The notes beneath the pieces are model-generated. The model did no database searches and was not told where the DNA came from. It saw only the letters and a list, made by a program, of their open reading frames with translations. This document shows, piece by piece, positions 1 through 11,654 of a DNA stretch of 64,000 nucleotides (position 1 is the first letter of the stretch; the number at the start of each line of letters is the position of its first letter). The DNA is taken from NCBI RefSeq assembly GCF_000143415.4, contig NW_003314358.1, forward strand, positions 134,001 to 198,000, read 5' to 3'. This DNA comes from Selaginella moellendorffii (lineage: Eukaryota; Plantae; Lycopodiophyta). The position numbers and the translations under genes were made by a program.

Positions 1-2
1 AG

Positions 3-230
3 ATGGCGGCGGCGATGGAGCGCGAGCTGGGGCCGATGACGTGCGAGCTGGAGCCGATGGCGATGGAGCGCGAGCTGGATCAAGCGCTAGCGCTCGAGGT
101 GGCGAACTTAAGCGGGCTGTCCAAAGCGATGGAAGCGCCTGTCGCAGGAGGAGGAGGGATGGAGCAGCACTGCAATTTGGATTGTTCCATGGAGCTTGGC
201 AGTGTCGATGACTTTATCTCCAATGTCTAG
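3..230 (+). other. Short ORF or 3' fragment with internal ~20-bp repeats; product unknown
   Basis: GGCGATGGAGCGCGAGCTGG occurs at ~11-30 and ~59-78 with a variant between (MEREL repeats). No recognisable domain; at the window edge. Confidence 0.25.
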
Positions 231-475
231 CCTATTCCAAGATTCTTTCAATTCGTATTTGCTTTTCCGCTCATCCTTGCCGCTAGGGTTTGCGCCTTGG
301 CGTCCTTGGCGATCGCAAAGATTTCTTCTTCTTCCTGCCAATGCAGGTCTCGATCGATCGGAGTGTCGCCGGCGCCAGCGATCAGAGATCGCGGAGCGCT
401 GGAGGAGGTCGCGGAGCGCAGGAGGAGATCGGGAGGAGATCGCTGAGCGCCGAGCGCTGGAGGTGTGATATTTCG

Positions 476-1085
476 CCACTGCGGAGCAATCTGGGAAGGA
501 TCGCCATGGCTTGTTGGTTAGGGTCGTGGTTCTTGGAATTCCCGGCGGCACGGTCGTCCGGAACGCTTTCTTCCAGCGCCAGCAGCAGCAGCCTGGTCAG
601 GATCGAATGGAAGTCGACGAATGTATTGCCCGAGGTAGGTACTGTGATCACAGGCGGTGGAACGTATTTGTCTTGCAGGAGCTCATAACGCTGTCTCACC
701 GCTCACTCGCGGCTCACTCGCGGTCCCTGTCTGGAAACTCACGCTGGCTGCCGAGTTTAGCGTCTCGTTCGTGCTTCTGTGCCGTGCTATGGCGTGGGAG
801 AAAGCCACCACGTCACGGAGCTTGGAGCCGGAAGAAGTGAGAAGTTGATGTAAGCTTTCAATCCATCCATTCCAGCTCGAGCGAGTGCTAAAGTTTCCTA
901 TGTTTTTTCGCAGGTGGATTACGATCGCGAGGGTACTGTGAGTATCTATAGCCATCCCATGAAAGCTTGATTGTTTCTTGGCCAAAAAGTTTTTCACAGG
1001 CAAGGTGGTATAGTGTTGTCCGATTCGCTTGCCCTGGAAACCTGTACTGGAAGATTTAACCATGCAGAGGGGGAGGCATGGAAAC
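476..1085 (+). pseudogene. Abridged, deletion-riddled copy of the orphan gene at 2627-4947
   Basis: Colinear short matches: GCAATCTGGGAAGG (486 vs 2691), TTTCTTCCAGCGCCAGCAGCAG, GCAGCAGCCTGGTCAGGATCGAATGGAAGTCGACGAATGTATTGCC (~585 vs 3533), TTGCAGGAGCTCATA, TTCGCTTGCCCTGGAAACCTG (1024 vs 4367). Intron sequence is retained. Confidence 0.85.
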
Positions 1086-2090
1086 ACTGCCCCTTTATCC
1101 CCTACGAGAGCGCGCTCTTCGCCGAGCTGTTGAAGCACCTGAACGCAGCTGGTACTTTTGTTTGTTAGGTCCTGGCGCTATCAGAGCTTTTTCTACCTTC
1201 GAATTTATCATCTACAGGCTTAATGCGTGGTTGTGGACTGGCATTTCTTACGCGAATGACGTTGCAGCTGGGACTCCAAGACGTCTAGGCAGTCCGAATG
1301 CTTGGTCACATCGTGGTATGGCAAGATCAAGGTTCTTTGTATCTCTTCCGTTCCCAGGAAATCATTTGTTTATACACGTTCATTCCTGATCGCAGTTCTC
1401 TTACTTTGATCGGAGTGTTGCTGCTCAACAGAAACTTGCACAAGCGCTCCTCTTGGAATGCCACCTTCAAACGGAGTCATCCTGCAGTCTCGAAGAGCCT
1501 AGCAACGATGAAACACCAGGTCAGTCCATGTTCGTCATTCTTGCGAGGCTAACTCAAAACGAATGTTTGCAGATTAACTGTAAAGGCGGCAAAGTCAGTC
1601 ACCAATAACAACGAAAGCTGGGGCAGCATTACGGTAACTTACAATCAGCGTACAAGGAGATTGGAATCGCCACTTCGGTTTCAGCCAGCATCATCTCGGG
1701 TACATGGCCTTTCCAAACTGAAAAACGCTGAGAATGACATACAATTCCAGGTAAGAGACCAGGTATTGAATCAAGCAGAGACTGTAAGAGGTTGCTAGCT
1801 CTTTGCTCCTTCTCTTCCACAGGTAGCAAGTATGGACATTCTTTACAGGATCAAAAACACTGGTGTCAAATTTGCCGAAGTGTATCGAGGCTGCGTCGGT
1901 GCCATGCCAGTCATCAAGGGAATTAGAGAAGCTTCTGTTTGCCGGCAGTTCGCTCTTTAGCCGAAGATTCAAGTACGTGAAAGCCTTTTGCTCGTTTTCC
2001 GTTGTCCGTCCTCACAAACTTTCCTTGCCGCAGGGTTCTGGAGGACGTGCATGCCGCACTCTTCCAGTTCGTCTATCTCCTGGCCTGTGC
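1086..2090 (+). pseudogene. Abridged inverted copy of the BOR gene, with an internal micro-inversion
   Basis: Translates in pieces to WTGISYANDVAAGTPRRLGSPNAWSHR, KSLATMKHQ, GCVGAMP, SRRFK|gt, [17 protein letters not shown], all matching BOR exons. BOR introns are present. Segment ~1771-1870 is flipped (FDTSVFDP on the - strand). Confidence 0.88.
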
Positions 2091-2099
2091 TCGTGCCGA

Positions 2100-2540
2100 G
2101 CTTTCGACTTGGCGCTCTCTCCTGGGCAGCAGACGGCATTCTATGGAAGTAGTCCCACGCGCGCTGGACTGGGTGAAGGCGCGGATCCTTGTGTCAAGGA
2201 CACTGTGTTCTTCCACTCCATCGGCTCAACTTCTTAGGCGTATCATGGTGTTTTCAGAAAAGAGATCCTCTCTCAAATAACGAAGGACCGGCTCGACAGT
2301 ATGCTGATATCAAAGAATTCCATGAGATTCTATCTAGAAAACCTCTATGGCATAGGAGACATTCCCCCGCCTTGGGCATTTGCGGTGAGTATGACATTCC
2401 AACACAAGCTGTCCCTTATGGGTAAAGCCTTTGCATGGACGAGCTGGAAGTTCTCGTAGCAGCCAATGCCCATTACAGTTGTGGAGTAAACACTGCGCAG
2501 ATTGACGCGGCATCGGCATATGCCCGCTCCGGGAATATGC
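2100..2540 (-). pseudogene. Abridged copy of the PPR gene 13317-15521 (parent segment ~14540-15215)
   Basis: CAGACGGCATTC.ATGGAAGTAG, ACCGGCTCGACA.TATGCTGA, ACAGTTGTGGAGTAAACACTG and AGATTGACGC.GC.TCG match the parent colinearly with many deletions. Confidence 0.85.
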
Positions 2541-2626
2541 TTGGGACAGTACGGAAAGGGCAAGGACAAGGGATATCCGTACATAGTGGCATATATAAAG
2601 CAGGTAGCAATAGGTAGGGAATAGAG

Positions 2627-4947
2627 ATGGTGCGATGGGCAGCTGGGTGGAATCCGGCGGTGGGCGCTCGCCTCACCCATTTCTTCCGCAGCAATCTGGG
2701 AAGGCGCGTCATGTCTCTTGTCCGCCTCCTCTTCGATCGCCATGGCTTGGAGGTTGAGGAGGATGGGATCGTGGATCATCCCACAGAGTCGTGGTTCTTG
2801 GACGACGCGGGGTGGATCCATGGCGGCACGGTCTCGGAGCTCAAGTGTAGCATCTGGAGCGCGGTCATCTTCCACATATTGCACGCTCCGGTGCCCGATG
2901 CCGTCTTGCGTCTCTTCATCGCCAACGCTTATTTCTTCCAGCGCCAGCAGCAGGATCCTCCCACCGATGGGCGCCAGGATTTGCCACTTTGCTCCGAGTT
3001 CCTGTGCTGCAACTACGTCTTGTCCAAGCTGGACGAGGTGAGTGAGTGTTTTGGAACTTCATCTTGTTTGATTTCTTTTGCCTTCTACTATCCATCCAGT
3101 TGATGGCCGCGGATGCTACGACGACTGAGTGGGAGGATCAAGAGGAGACACTGGCGCGTCTAACACGTAAGTTTTGGAGAGTCGGATTCTTCTTTTCTTG
3201 AGAGTTAACCTTTTATCCAGGATCTGCGAGCGTGATGGCTCGTTTTTTTCATGGCAAAACACCCCAAGGCGACTTACTGGATCTTTTGGACGTGACCAAG
3301 ATCTTGCTGGAGCTTGTCTACTGCTGGGTGCTGCTTCAGCTCGGGCGCAACCGGCAGTCCCTCGTTTGGCTCGCGCTACTAGAGGCCCAAGCTCTGGTCG
3401 GCACCGCCACCGCTGGTGGCCAAGGACAACAAGTGGAGAAGCTTTTCTTGTTTCTCCTGGACAACTTCGATTACGAGTCTCGGCCAGATCACGCTAGCTT
3501 AGCGAGGCTGAGACAAATCCACGACAGCTTGAGCAGCAGCCTGGTCAGGATCGAATGGAAGTCGACGAATGTATTGCCTGGTGCCCTCCAGATGCTCGAG
3601 GTACTGTGAGTCCATCAGAGGTGGTGTCCAAACTCTTTTTTTCTCTGTCCTTGCAGGAGCTCATAGCTGCGCATGATACGATTGGTGATGATCACGTATA
3701 CGGTAATCATGGTCACTTCGCCCACTGGTTTCGAGACCACTCGCGGTCCTACAATCGCTCCCGCCGGTGGAAGCGAGCCTTCTACCCCGTCGACGCGAGC
3801 GAGCTCCTCGGCCGCCTCGTCCACACCTGGATGAGGACCAAGAGAGGTGCCACGGACCACGCGCGGCTCCAGTCCCTGAGTTGCTCCACGAGCAAGGATT
3901 TCGTGGAGCACGTCAAGCAGACACTGGAAAGTAACGTCGCGGAGGAGAAGCGCAATCTTCATCACGCGGCTGCCGCGGTTTTTGGCCCCGAGCTTAGCGT
4001 CTCGTTCTTGCTGCTGTGCCGTGCGGTGGCGTGGGACGAATCCACCACCTCACAGATGTTGGACGCGGAAGAGCTGGGGAGTATCAATGGTAAGCCGATC
4101 GTCCAAGTTGATGAGCGCTCAGTGGATACGGTGGTGAAGTTGATGGTTAACGTAAGTTTTGCATACGTTCCAGGTGTTGACTTTCAGAGCGAGTGCTAAA
4201 GTTTTCGTTGTTTTCTCGCAGGTGGTGCTCGGGGATTTCCTGGATGAGGCTCACGATCGCGAGACTTGGATCCGGGACTGTGAGTATCCATATCCATCCC
4301 AGGAAAGTTTGATTGAATTCTGGTCTTCTTTCACAGGCAAGGTGCTGCTCAAGAAGCGTTGTCCGCTTCGCTTGCCCTGGAAACCTGCGGCGAGCGTCCA
4401 TTTTCTGGAAGATGTGACCATGGAGAGGTGGAGGGAGATGGACGCTTGGATCCGATCTCCTGGCACACTGAGTGAGCTGGGAATGGCGAGCTACGAGCAA
4501 GCTCTCCAGGCGATGAGGGACGCGATCTTCTGGGACGGAAGTGTTGTGGATAAAGCCAGCCAGGGGTTCGTGACGAGGATTTGCAAGCTGCTGGAAGCAA
4601 AGGAAGATCAGGTCTACGAGCTGATAGAGATCTACACTGATGAAAGGTTCCAGAAGGCTAACAGTGAGCCGGCGGCGGCGAGCAAGACGAGAGGCAGGGG
4701 ATCCATGGCCGAGTTTGCGGTGGTCGCGAATGCTCACCCCGTGGTAATGGGTCTCCTGTCCACGCGGCAGCGCTGTCACATGTTTATGCGGTCGGGGTGC
4801 CCGTTGCAAGGGGGACAAGCCATCACCAAGGTGGATTGCATGATGATTGAGTACGCGAGGCTTCGCGCTGAGCAACGGTTTGACACTACTCACATTGGCT
4901 ATGCTTGTTACCATGATAACAAGAAGAAATCTTGCATATTCTGCTGA
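2627..4947 (+). CDS. Multi-exon uncharacterised, probably lineage-specific protein ending ...KKKSCIFC
   Basis: Exons join in frame across GT-AG introns: 2627-3037, 3100-3166, 3221-3600, 3657-4151, 4222-4947 (possible in-frame intron ~4280-4337). TATATAAA at ~2592. No family recognised. Confidence 0.7.
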
Positions 4948-5009
4948 AAGTGATTGATCACAATAAGAATGTGCCCCCTCCCCCTTCTCTAAACTTTATC
5001 AAAGAGCTC

Positions 5010-5352
5010 CCAATCCATCCAAGTCCATCAACTTACGGTGCAACCATTATGGACGCTGCTACGAGCTCATTCTATCCAGGAAAGGTGGCGTAAGAAACCT
5101 GGGCATATGCTGTGACTGTAGCATACTAACGCACGCTTTCCCTTTGGGGCATATTATCGAGTGGATCTCGTAACTGGGAGTTCTGGAGCATCATACTTGC
5201 TTAGTAGGCTGGCTATCAAACACATATTTGGTAATGCTCAAGATGTTGTGGAGTACACTCTGTGGAGCACCACCGGTAATATTCCCGCTCTGGGAATATG
5301 CGGACCAGTGGAGTGCCGGATTCGAGATTCTTGGCGCCGTGGAGGCTTTTGG
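5010..5352 (-). pseudogene. Second abridged copy of PPR 13317-15521
   Basis: CCATCCAAGTCCATCAACTT (parent 14029) jumps to ATTCTATCCAGGA (14965), CCTGGGCATATGC, CTGGGAGTTCTGG, GTTGTGGAGTA, AGTGCCGG..TCGAGATTCTTGGC and CGTGGAGGC.TTTGG (15392). Confidence 0.8.
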
Positions 5353-5795
5353 TTTCTTCGTGTGTTCTTCATGGAGATCTTGGAGCAGAACAGCTCGGCA
5401 TTGCGGTAAATCTCGAGCCTTTGTACTCATCCATCTTGACCACGCCGTACAGGTGGGTTCTCAATCCGTACATATTGTCTTAAACTGGAAACTTTATTCA
5501 TTTGAAATATTTGCCGACTATTTTACAAAAAGCTTTGAATTTTCTATCAACACAGATTTACTCAATGCATGATCGATCTTGGTTAAAGAGACGAACTTTA
5601 TCATATTTAGAGATCGTCAGTTGACAATCAAACGTTTCAGATCGAGCATCTGGAGGAGCTGGATCTCTCTTTTAACAACATTTCTGGGACATTTTTTCGG
5701 AAGGGTTGTGCTGCTGCTGCACGCCTTATTCGCAGCCAAGGCTAGAAATCTAAATTGCCAGAAGCGAAGCAGGATGCTGGTGATAACTTACAAGC

Positions 5796-8482
5796 TTAAG
5801 AGCCGGGAGAGGAGCTGTCTGGTATCATTCGTAATGGACTGTACTGGTGCTTGAATTCCACACGGCTTCTCGTGGTGACCGCATCCAGGACCTCTGCGTC
5901 GCTGGTACCTACACGCTTCGGCGAAGAGCGCGCTCTCACAGGCGATAAAGGTAGCGGTGATCCTCCTCCTTCCATCCGGAGTGGCGATCTCATCACATCC
6001 TGCCGTGGTGATCTCAAAACTTCCATCGTGGATTCGGCTTCCTGTACGTCGAAAAACGAAGAAAAAATGTAATTAGCACCAGGAAGATCACGAAGTCAAG
6101 CTTACTCTCATTGCGCTGTTGTATGGCATTGCGGGGGCCTCTTCGTACTCGGCGGCGTCCAGCTCTTGCAAGTGGTGTGCCTTGAAGAACTTTGGTAGAA
6201 CGTATTGGCGAATCGGCACCAGGAGCATGATGAGCAAGGGGAACAGGACACCGGCAATTGGGATCCACGTAATCCCAAAGCAGGCCAGGAGATATACGAA
6301 CTGGAACAGTGTGAAGATAATTATCGTCTTGAATGGGACTGTCTCCACGAACGCGGCATGCACGTCCTCCAGGACTCTGACAGGGAATGTTTGTGGATGT
6401 TAGAATCGCTACGAAAGGAAAAGAAACGAAAAAGAGAGAAAAGGGTTTTACGTACTTGAATCTGCGGCTGGGTGCGGTGAAGAGCAGCAAGATCCTCTCC
6501 CAGAACTGGTTTCCTGGCAAGCTCTCTATCGCCATGACGGCAAAGTAGCCCCATAAAACTGAAGTTGGGATTTTCTTGATCAGTGGCATGGCACCGACGC
6601 AGCCTCCAACAAGCAAAGACTGTAAAAGGTTGCTAACTCGTTGCTCTTTCACTTCCACGGGGAGCAAGTCATCGACGTCCTTTTCCGGGTCGAAAACGCT
6701 AGTGTCAACTGGCAGTCCTGACAATACCGAGTCTGCCGAAGTGTATTGAGAAGTTTCTTCTTTCAGTTCTTTCAATACCTAGAATTAAGAGCTTATGTCA
6801 TTGGCAACGTTTTCAGTTTGAAAAGGCCACGTACCCGAGATGATGCTGGCTGAAACCGAAGTGGTGACTCCATCTCCTTGTACGCAGATTGTAAGTTACC
6901 GTAAAGCTGTCCCAGAGTTTCGTTGTTATTGATGCTCGACTTTGCCGTCTTTACTAGCTTATCGCGGTTAATCTGCAAGCATTCGCTTTGAGTTAGCCTC
7001 GCAAGAATGACGAACTTGGGCCGACCTGGTGTTTTAGCGTTGCTAGGCTCTTCGTGTGCATGGGAGACTGCGGAATGACTCCATTCGAAGGTGGTATTCC
7101 AAGCAGGCCACAGATAATAACCATTCCACCTAGCAGTAGCAGATCATAGTGGTAAGAAGAGGGCTTGCGCAAGTTGAATTCCTTCTGTTGAGCCAGCTGG
7201 GAAGCAACACTGTGATCAAAATAATAGAGCACTGCGATCATGGTTGCTGGAATGAACGCGCCTATGATGTATAAAATAGGAACATCCCGCATTTCCTGGG
7301 TACGGAGAATCAGATAAGTAAGCCAGAAAAGTCAAGCAAAACTACAACGAACCTTGATCACTGTCCAATTTGCCATAGCACGATGTGACCAAGGATTCGG
7401 ACTGTATAGACGTCTTGGAATCCCAGCTGGAGTGTCATTCGCGGCGGCATAAGAAATGCCAGTCCACACGAGAACCATGAGCGGAAGTCCATAGTCAGCT
7501 ATTAAACCACGCATCCAGCCTGTAAGATGGTAAATCCGAAATTAGAAATGCTGAAGGCTTCATTTTCTAAGAGCGTACCAGCACCATAGCGCCAGGACCT
7601 TGCCTTCCTGCTTTTCAATCCTGTAAGCAGCAGACCGAACGAAAGTACCAAGCCAAACATGCCATTTGAAAAGCGCCAGGGCGTGCTGAACTCTTGCAAC
7701 GAAGGATCGTCTCGCTTGGGTATACGAAACTCCCCGACAATACCCTGTAACACCGAGTTGTTTTTTAGTAGAATACCTCGCTGAAACGTACTTGCCTTGA
7801 TTGCTTGCTGCATGAAAAGGCCTGCAATGAGCATTCCAAAGAGTTCTCCGGCAATTCTCGTAAACCTGTTGATGATAGAACAAGCCCCCAAGATTGCTAA
7901 GAGAAACAGCAAAATTGCAACCCAAACGCAGACCCTGCCAACACGAACTGCATCAGTAAAGCTCAAAAATTCGATATACTCTTACCATCCCGTCCAGGCC
8001 AAGAAAAGCTTGGGGCCTAGATCGTCCCTGTTCTTTGCAAAGTCATACATAAACGTATACATAATGACTGTTGGTTCTGCAACTCCAAGGATGAGTAAAG
8101 GTTGGCCTCCAATGATCGAGTGTAGGAGCCCACAGAGAGAAGTGGATGCAAGAGTTTGCACGGCAGTTAAGATTCCATCTGAAAGCGTGGCGAAAAGAGG
8201 TGTCAAAAGATGTCATGAAATCCAAAAACTAACTTGTATCTCTATCGAGTTGCTCTCCAAAAGATATTACTGGAATGGCCGAAGCGAAAAAGATGTATGT
8301 CGTGGGAGCAAATATTCTGGAAAGCAAAAAATTGCGAAACGCTCACATCAATCAACTCAAGACTACAATGGAGCAAACCTGTAGCCAGCATTCCAGCCGC
8401 CAATCCAGTCCTGCCTGTAACATTTTATACGCCCCTTGACGTCGTTTAAAATTCCTCGGAAAGGAACGAATGTCTCTTCCAT
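5796..8482 (-). CDS. BOR1: Borate efflux transporter, BOR1-like (SLC4/HCO3- transporter family), multi-exon
   Basis: Starts [26 protein letters not shown], then [95 protein letters not shown] and C-terminal [16 protein letters not shown]. About 12 exons with short GT-AG introns. Confidence 0.95.
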
Positions 8483-10000
8483 TTTGAAGCAAAAGGTGGT
8501 GATGATGGTATCGGGAAGTCAAGAAAATGAAGAAGAAGAGGAGGCTTATCAGATGCAGGCTACGGGCAAAACTGGATTGGTTCTGTTAGCGCCCCCATTC
8601 TCTTATTCGTATCTCGGAGAAAATTAAGTTAGAACTCGCTGCACGAAGATCAGGAAAAAAGTGAAAGAACCATTATGAATAAGGAATCAGAACCATGTAC
8701 CTTGATATTGTGAAGTATATCTTTTGCCCCTTATTCCAAATCTCGACGCAGCGATGCACAGTGCTCCAAAAGGTGGAACTTCGTACATCTTGTTGGTGTC
8801 GTTGCAAGAAGCTCTGAAAGCTCGAGCAGCAGCATGGAGCAACAGTAGCAACCCGGTAGGGAGCAACGAAAAGAAGCTTTAGCGATCCATGACTTTGATG
8901 GACGATATTATACGCTCCAGAGAAAAATTAGTTCCCCTCTCCATGGTAAACACGTTGAAAAGAAATTGGGATCTGAGCAGCGACTTGGCACTTAGCGCAT
9001 CATCACCCCCATGTTGATCTCTGGAGCAGCAATCGCGACGACTTTGCTGGTGTGCTTATTTTACGGGATCCGCGATGCCCAGTGAAGCTTCTCCGAGGCT
9101 TTTACTTCGCAGGAATTCATATAGTAATTCTGTGGAAGAGTAGCAACGACGCATGGAGCTCTGGCATGGAGCTGGAAGAACAAAAAAAAAAGAAAAGAAA
9201 AGAAAAACAGAGAGAAACACGGAGTGATCAAAAAACGAGAAAAAAGACGCGGATGGCAAATCAATAACATACCTGTGATTGATGATCGGTGATCTCTCTC
9301 TCTCTTCCTTCTGCCACGGTTTATTCGGAGTGAATGCCTCTCTGTGTTGTAAACAGCTGGCAATGAAAACCAAGTGCTACCAGACCGCTGGTCGAGCCTT
9401 TAACTCCCAAAAGCCACTCTTTGGTAGGGGTTTACATACTTACATGGCGGCTTCTTTCTTTCTTCTCGGGAGGACGAAGAACAAATATTATGGCCTCCTC
9501 CGGAGTTGATCCAAGCGGAACGCTCGCTAGTCGCTTTTAGCGAGGCATCCTGGAAAGAAAGAAGAAAACCACGGCTTAGCGAGAGATTGCCATTGCCGGA
9601 CCGAGGACCGAGGACCCCCTCGATACAAATGCGATCTGCGGAGAGAAGCTCTAGCGCTCTAGCGAGGCATCGCGAATGGCATCGACGGTCGCAGAGCTTA
9701 GCGCGCGGCCATAATCATCGACGGAGGCATCCGATGGAGCAAGAAAGATCGATGAGAGCTAGCGCGCCATATCCCGTGACGCCAGTCTTGATCCTGCGGG
9801 GCAAGAAAGGGACCTAGATCAGGGCGCGATTCGCAATGCCGGGCGATATTTCGAGAATGCCAGCGCTGGACAAGAGATTTGGGAGGGAGTGCGCTGCGAT
9901 CCAGCAAATACCTCGATCGATCGATCAAACACACTGCCGCTCGCCGCGCAGTCGATCAAGGAGAGAACAAGAAGAAGCAAGGAACACAGAGCGCTCAAGT
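8483..10000 (-). promoter_or_regulatory. Putative long multi-intron 5' leader of BOR with several uORFs and tandem AUG-UAA
   Basis: Canonical introns with pyrimidine tracts at 8639-8700 and 9172-9272, a candidate at 9357-9443, and an acceptor at 9550 (donor 9813 or 9911). uORFs MGALTEPIQFCP* (8598-8560) and MPR* (9548-9537); ATGTAA at 9445-9440 and 9437-9432. Confidence 0.6.
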
Positions 10001-11654
10001 AGGCGCTACAGGACAAGGTCACGCTAAGCAGTGCTCCTTAACCTCCGGTAAAAGCTAGAAACGGCCATAGAACCCTGAACCTCGCCAGAATATGCTTCAA
10101 TCCGACAGAATATCCTGCGCACTTGACGGAGAAGAACATTCCGAGCATCGTGGGTTTTCATTAACTAACTGAAAGTGGAGGATAAAAGAATCTTACCATT
10201 TTGAGTGCTGTAAAAATCTAAGGTGATAAGACCGTGTAAATAACAGGAATGGGAACAATAGCTGGGATATTTGAATCTGTCTGTCTCATGCTTCTTGGTT
10301 GACACTGCTAGACCTTGTAAACAGTATATGAATGAATCATAGCTGAATGAACGATAGCCATGATCGAAGCATAATTTACGTCATATATATTGCAATTAAG
10401 ATGAGAGTATTTACAATAGCAAAGTCAACTAACACTCTCATGAATGCTCATACCTGATACCAAAGCTTGTGTGTAAATCTTGGACGTGCTAGGCAGCAAC
10501 TATGTCGTTAGTGCACGAGCCTATGATCCTCTATGATCCTCTTTGCCCCCCAACAACCTATCGTAGTAGCATGCGCGCCCTAATTTCCGCACCCCCTAAT
10601 TCTCGTAGATGGTTCGCTGGGAGCTCTCTTTCTTAGAGATCCCATGGAGCAAAGCAAGTCCATATTCGTCCGGAAATAAAGAAAATAAGCTAGAAAACAA
10701 ATACAATATTACATTTTCTAATAGTAAATAATTTACTAACAAAAAGAAATACGTATAGCCTAGATCCCTAGGACAGAAAAGCCGAGAAAAATGGTGGCGA
10801 GTTGCAAACAAAAGGACCCTTGCGCCTGTAAGGCTGAATTCCTGACGAGAGACGCAAGCCTAAACAAGGACTAGTCTCGGGAGGCCAACTGGCGGGTGGG
10901 GTTAGGGCACGCGCCACGTAAGCATGCACTTGGGAGCGTGGTCGTCATGTTTGCGCCATTCGTGTCTTTCCGCCTCGGGAAATAATGCGCGAAAACACAG
11001 TGGCTCTTGTCTTGGAAAGGGGGTGATTGCTCAATAATGGGTCTAGCACTTTAGATCCCCTTTTTTTCTTTCTTTCTTTCCAAATTCCCAAGCTCCAACC
11101 AAACTTTCGTCCTTGTCTTTGTGCATCTGAATCTGGGTGGCGGACTACGCGTTCTTTTGCAGTGTGGCCAGCCATGCAAGAACTAGAATATGTATAGGCG
11201 CTGGCTCGCAGGAATCGAACCCCCACCCCATTTTAAACGGGAAGATTTTGGCGCGAAAAAAGCCCTAAATTGGTCTTAGGTTGGGGCAATGGCGAGGCGC
11301 TGGCGATGGATATTTCGATCGATCCGGGAGGCGCTGGCTAAAATTTCGATCGCTCCTCAATCCAGGTAACTCGGTGGCCTTGATTGGGATGCGCATTTGA
11401 GCTGGCCTTCTCTGGCGAGCAAAATCACAGGCGCTACTACTGGAGATTCCAGAACAATAGACAAAGCTGCGCTGGACGTACGCCTTGTTTTTTATTTTCT
11501 TCTTCTCTGAGTCGTGAAGTGATGGAACTCGACAGCTTGAGGATTCCGCATTTATCCCAGGTAAGCTGAGCTTGCTTGAAATCTAGAACTAAGACTAATG
11601 ATCCTAAAACTCTTCCAAATTGTCACAGGGGGGCATTTTTTTTTTCTCGAATGA

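Noticed and set aside
340-470. GATCGC(G/T)GAGCGC...GGAG repeats and overlapping ORFs
   Set aside because: Short low-complexity tandem repeat with no evidence for coding or element structure.
11198-11230. tRNA-like GGTTCGATTCC on - (also GGTTCGAACCC at ~29326)
   Set aside because: Isolated B-box/T-loop motifs with no D-arm or acceptor stem that I could build.
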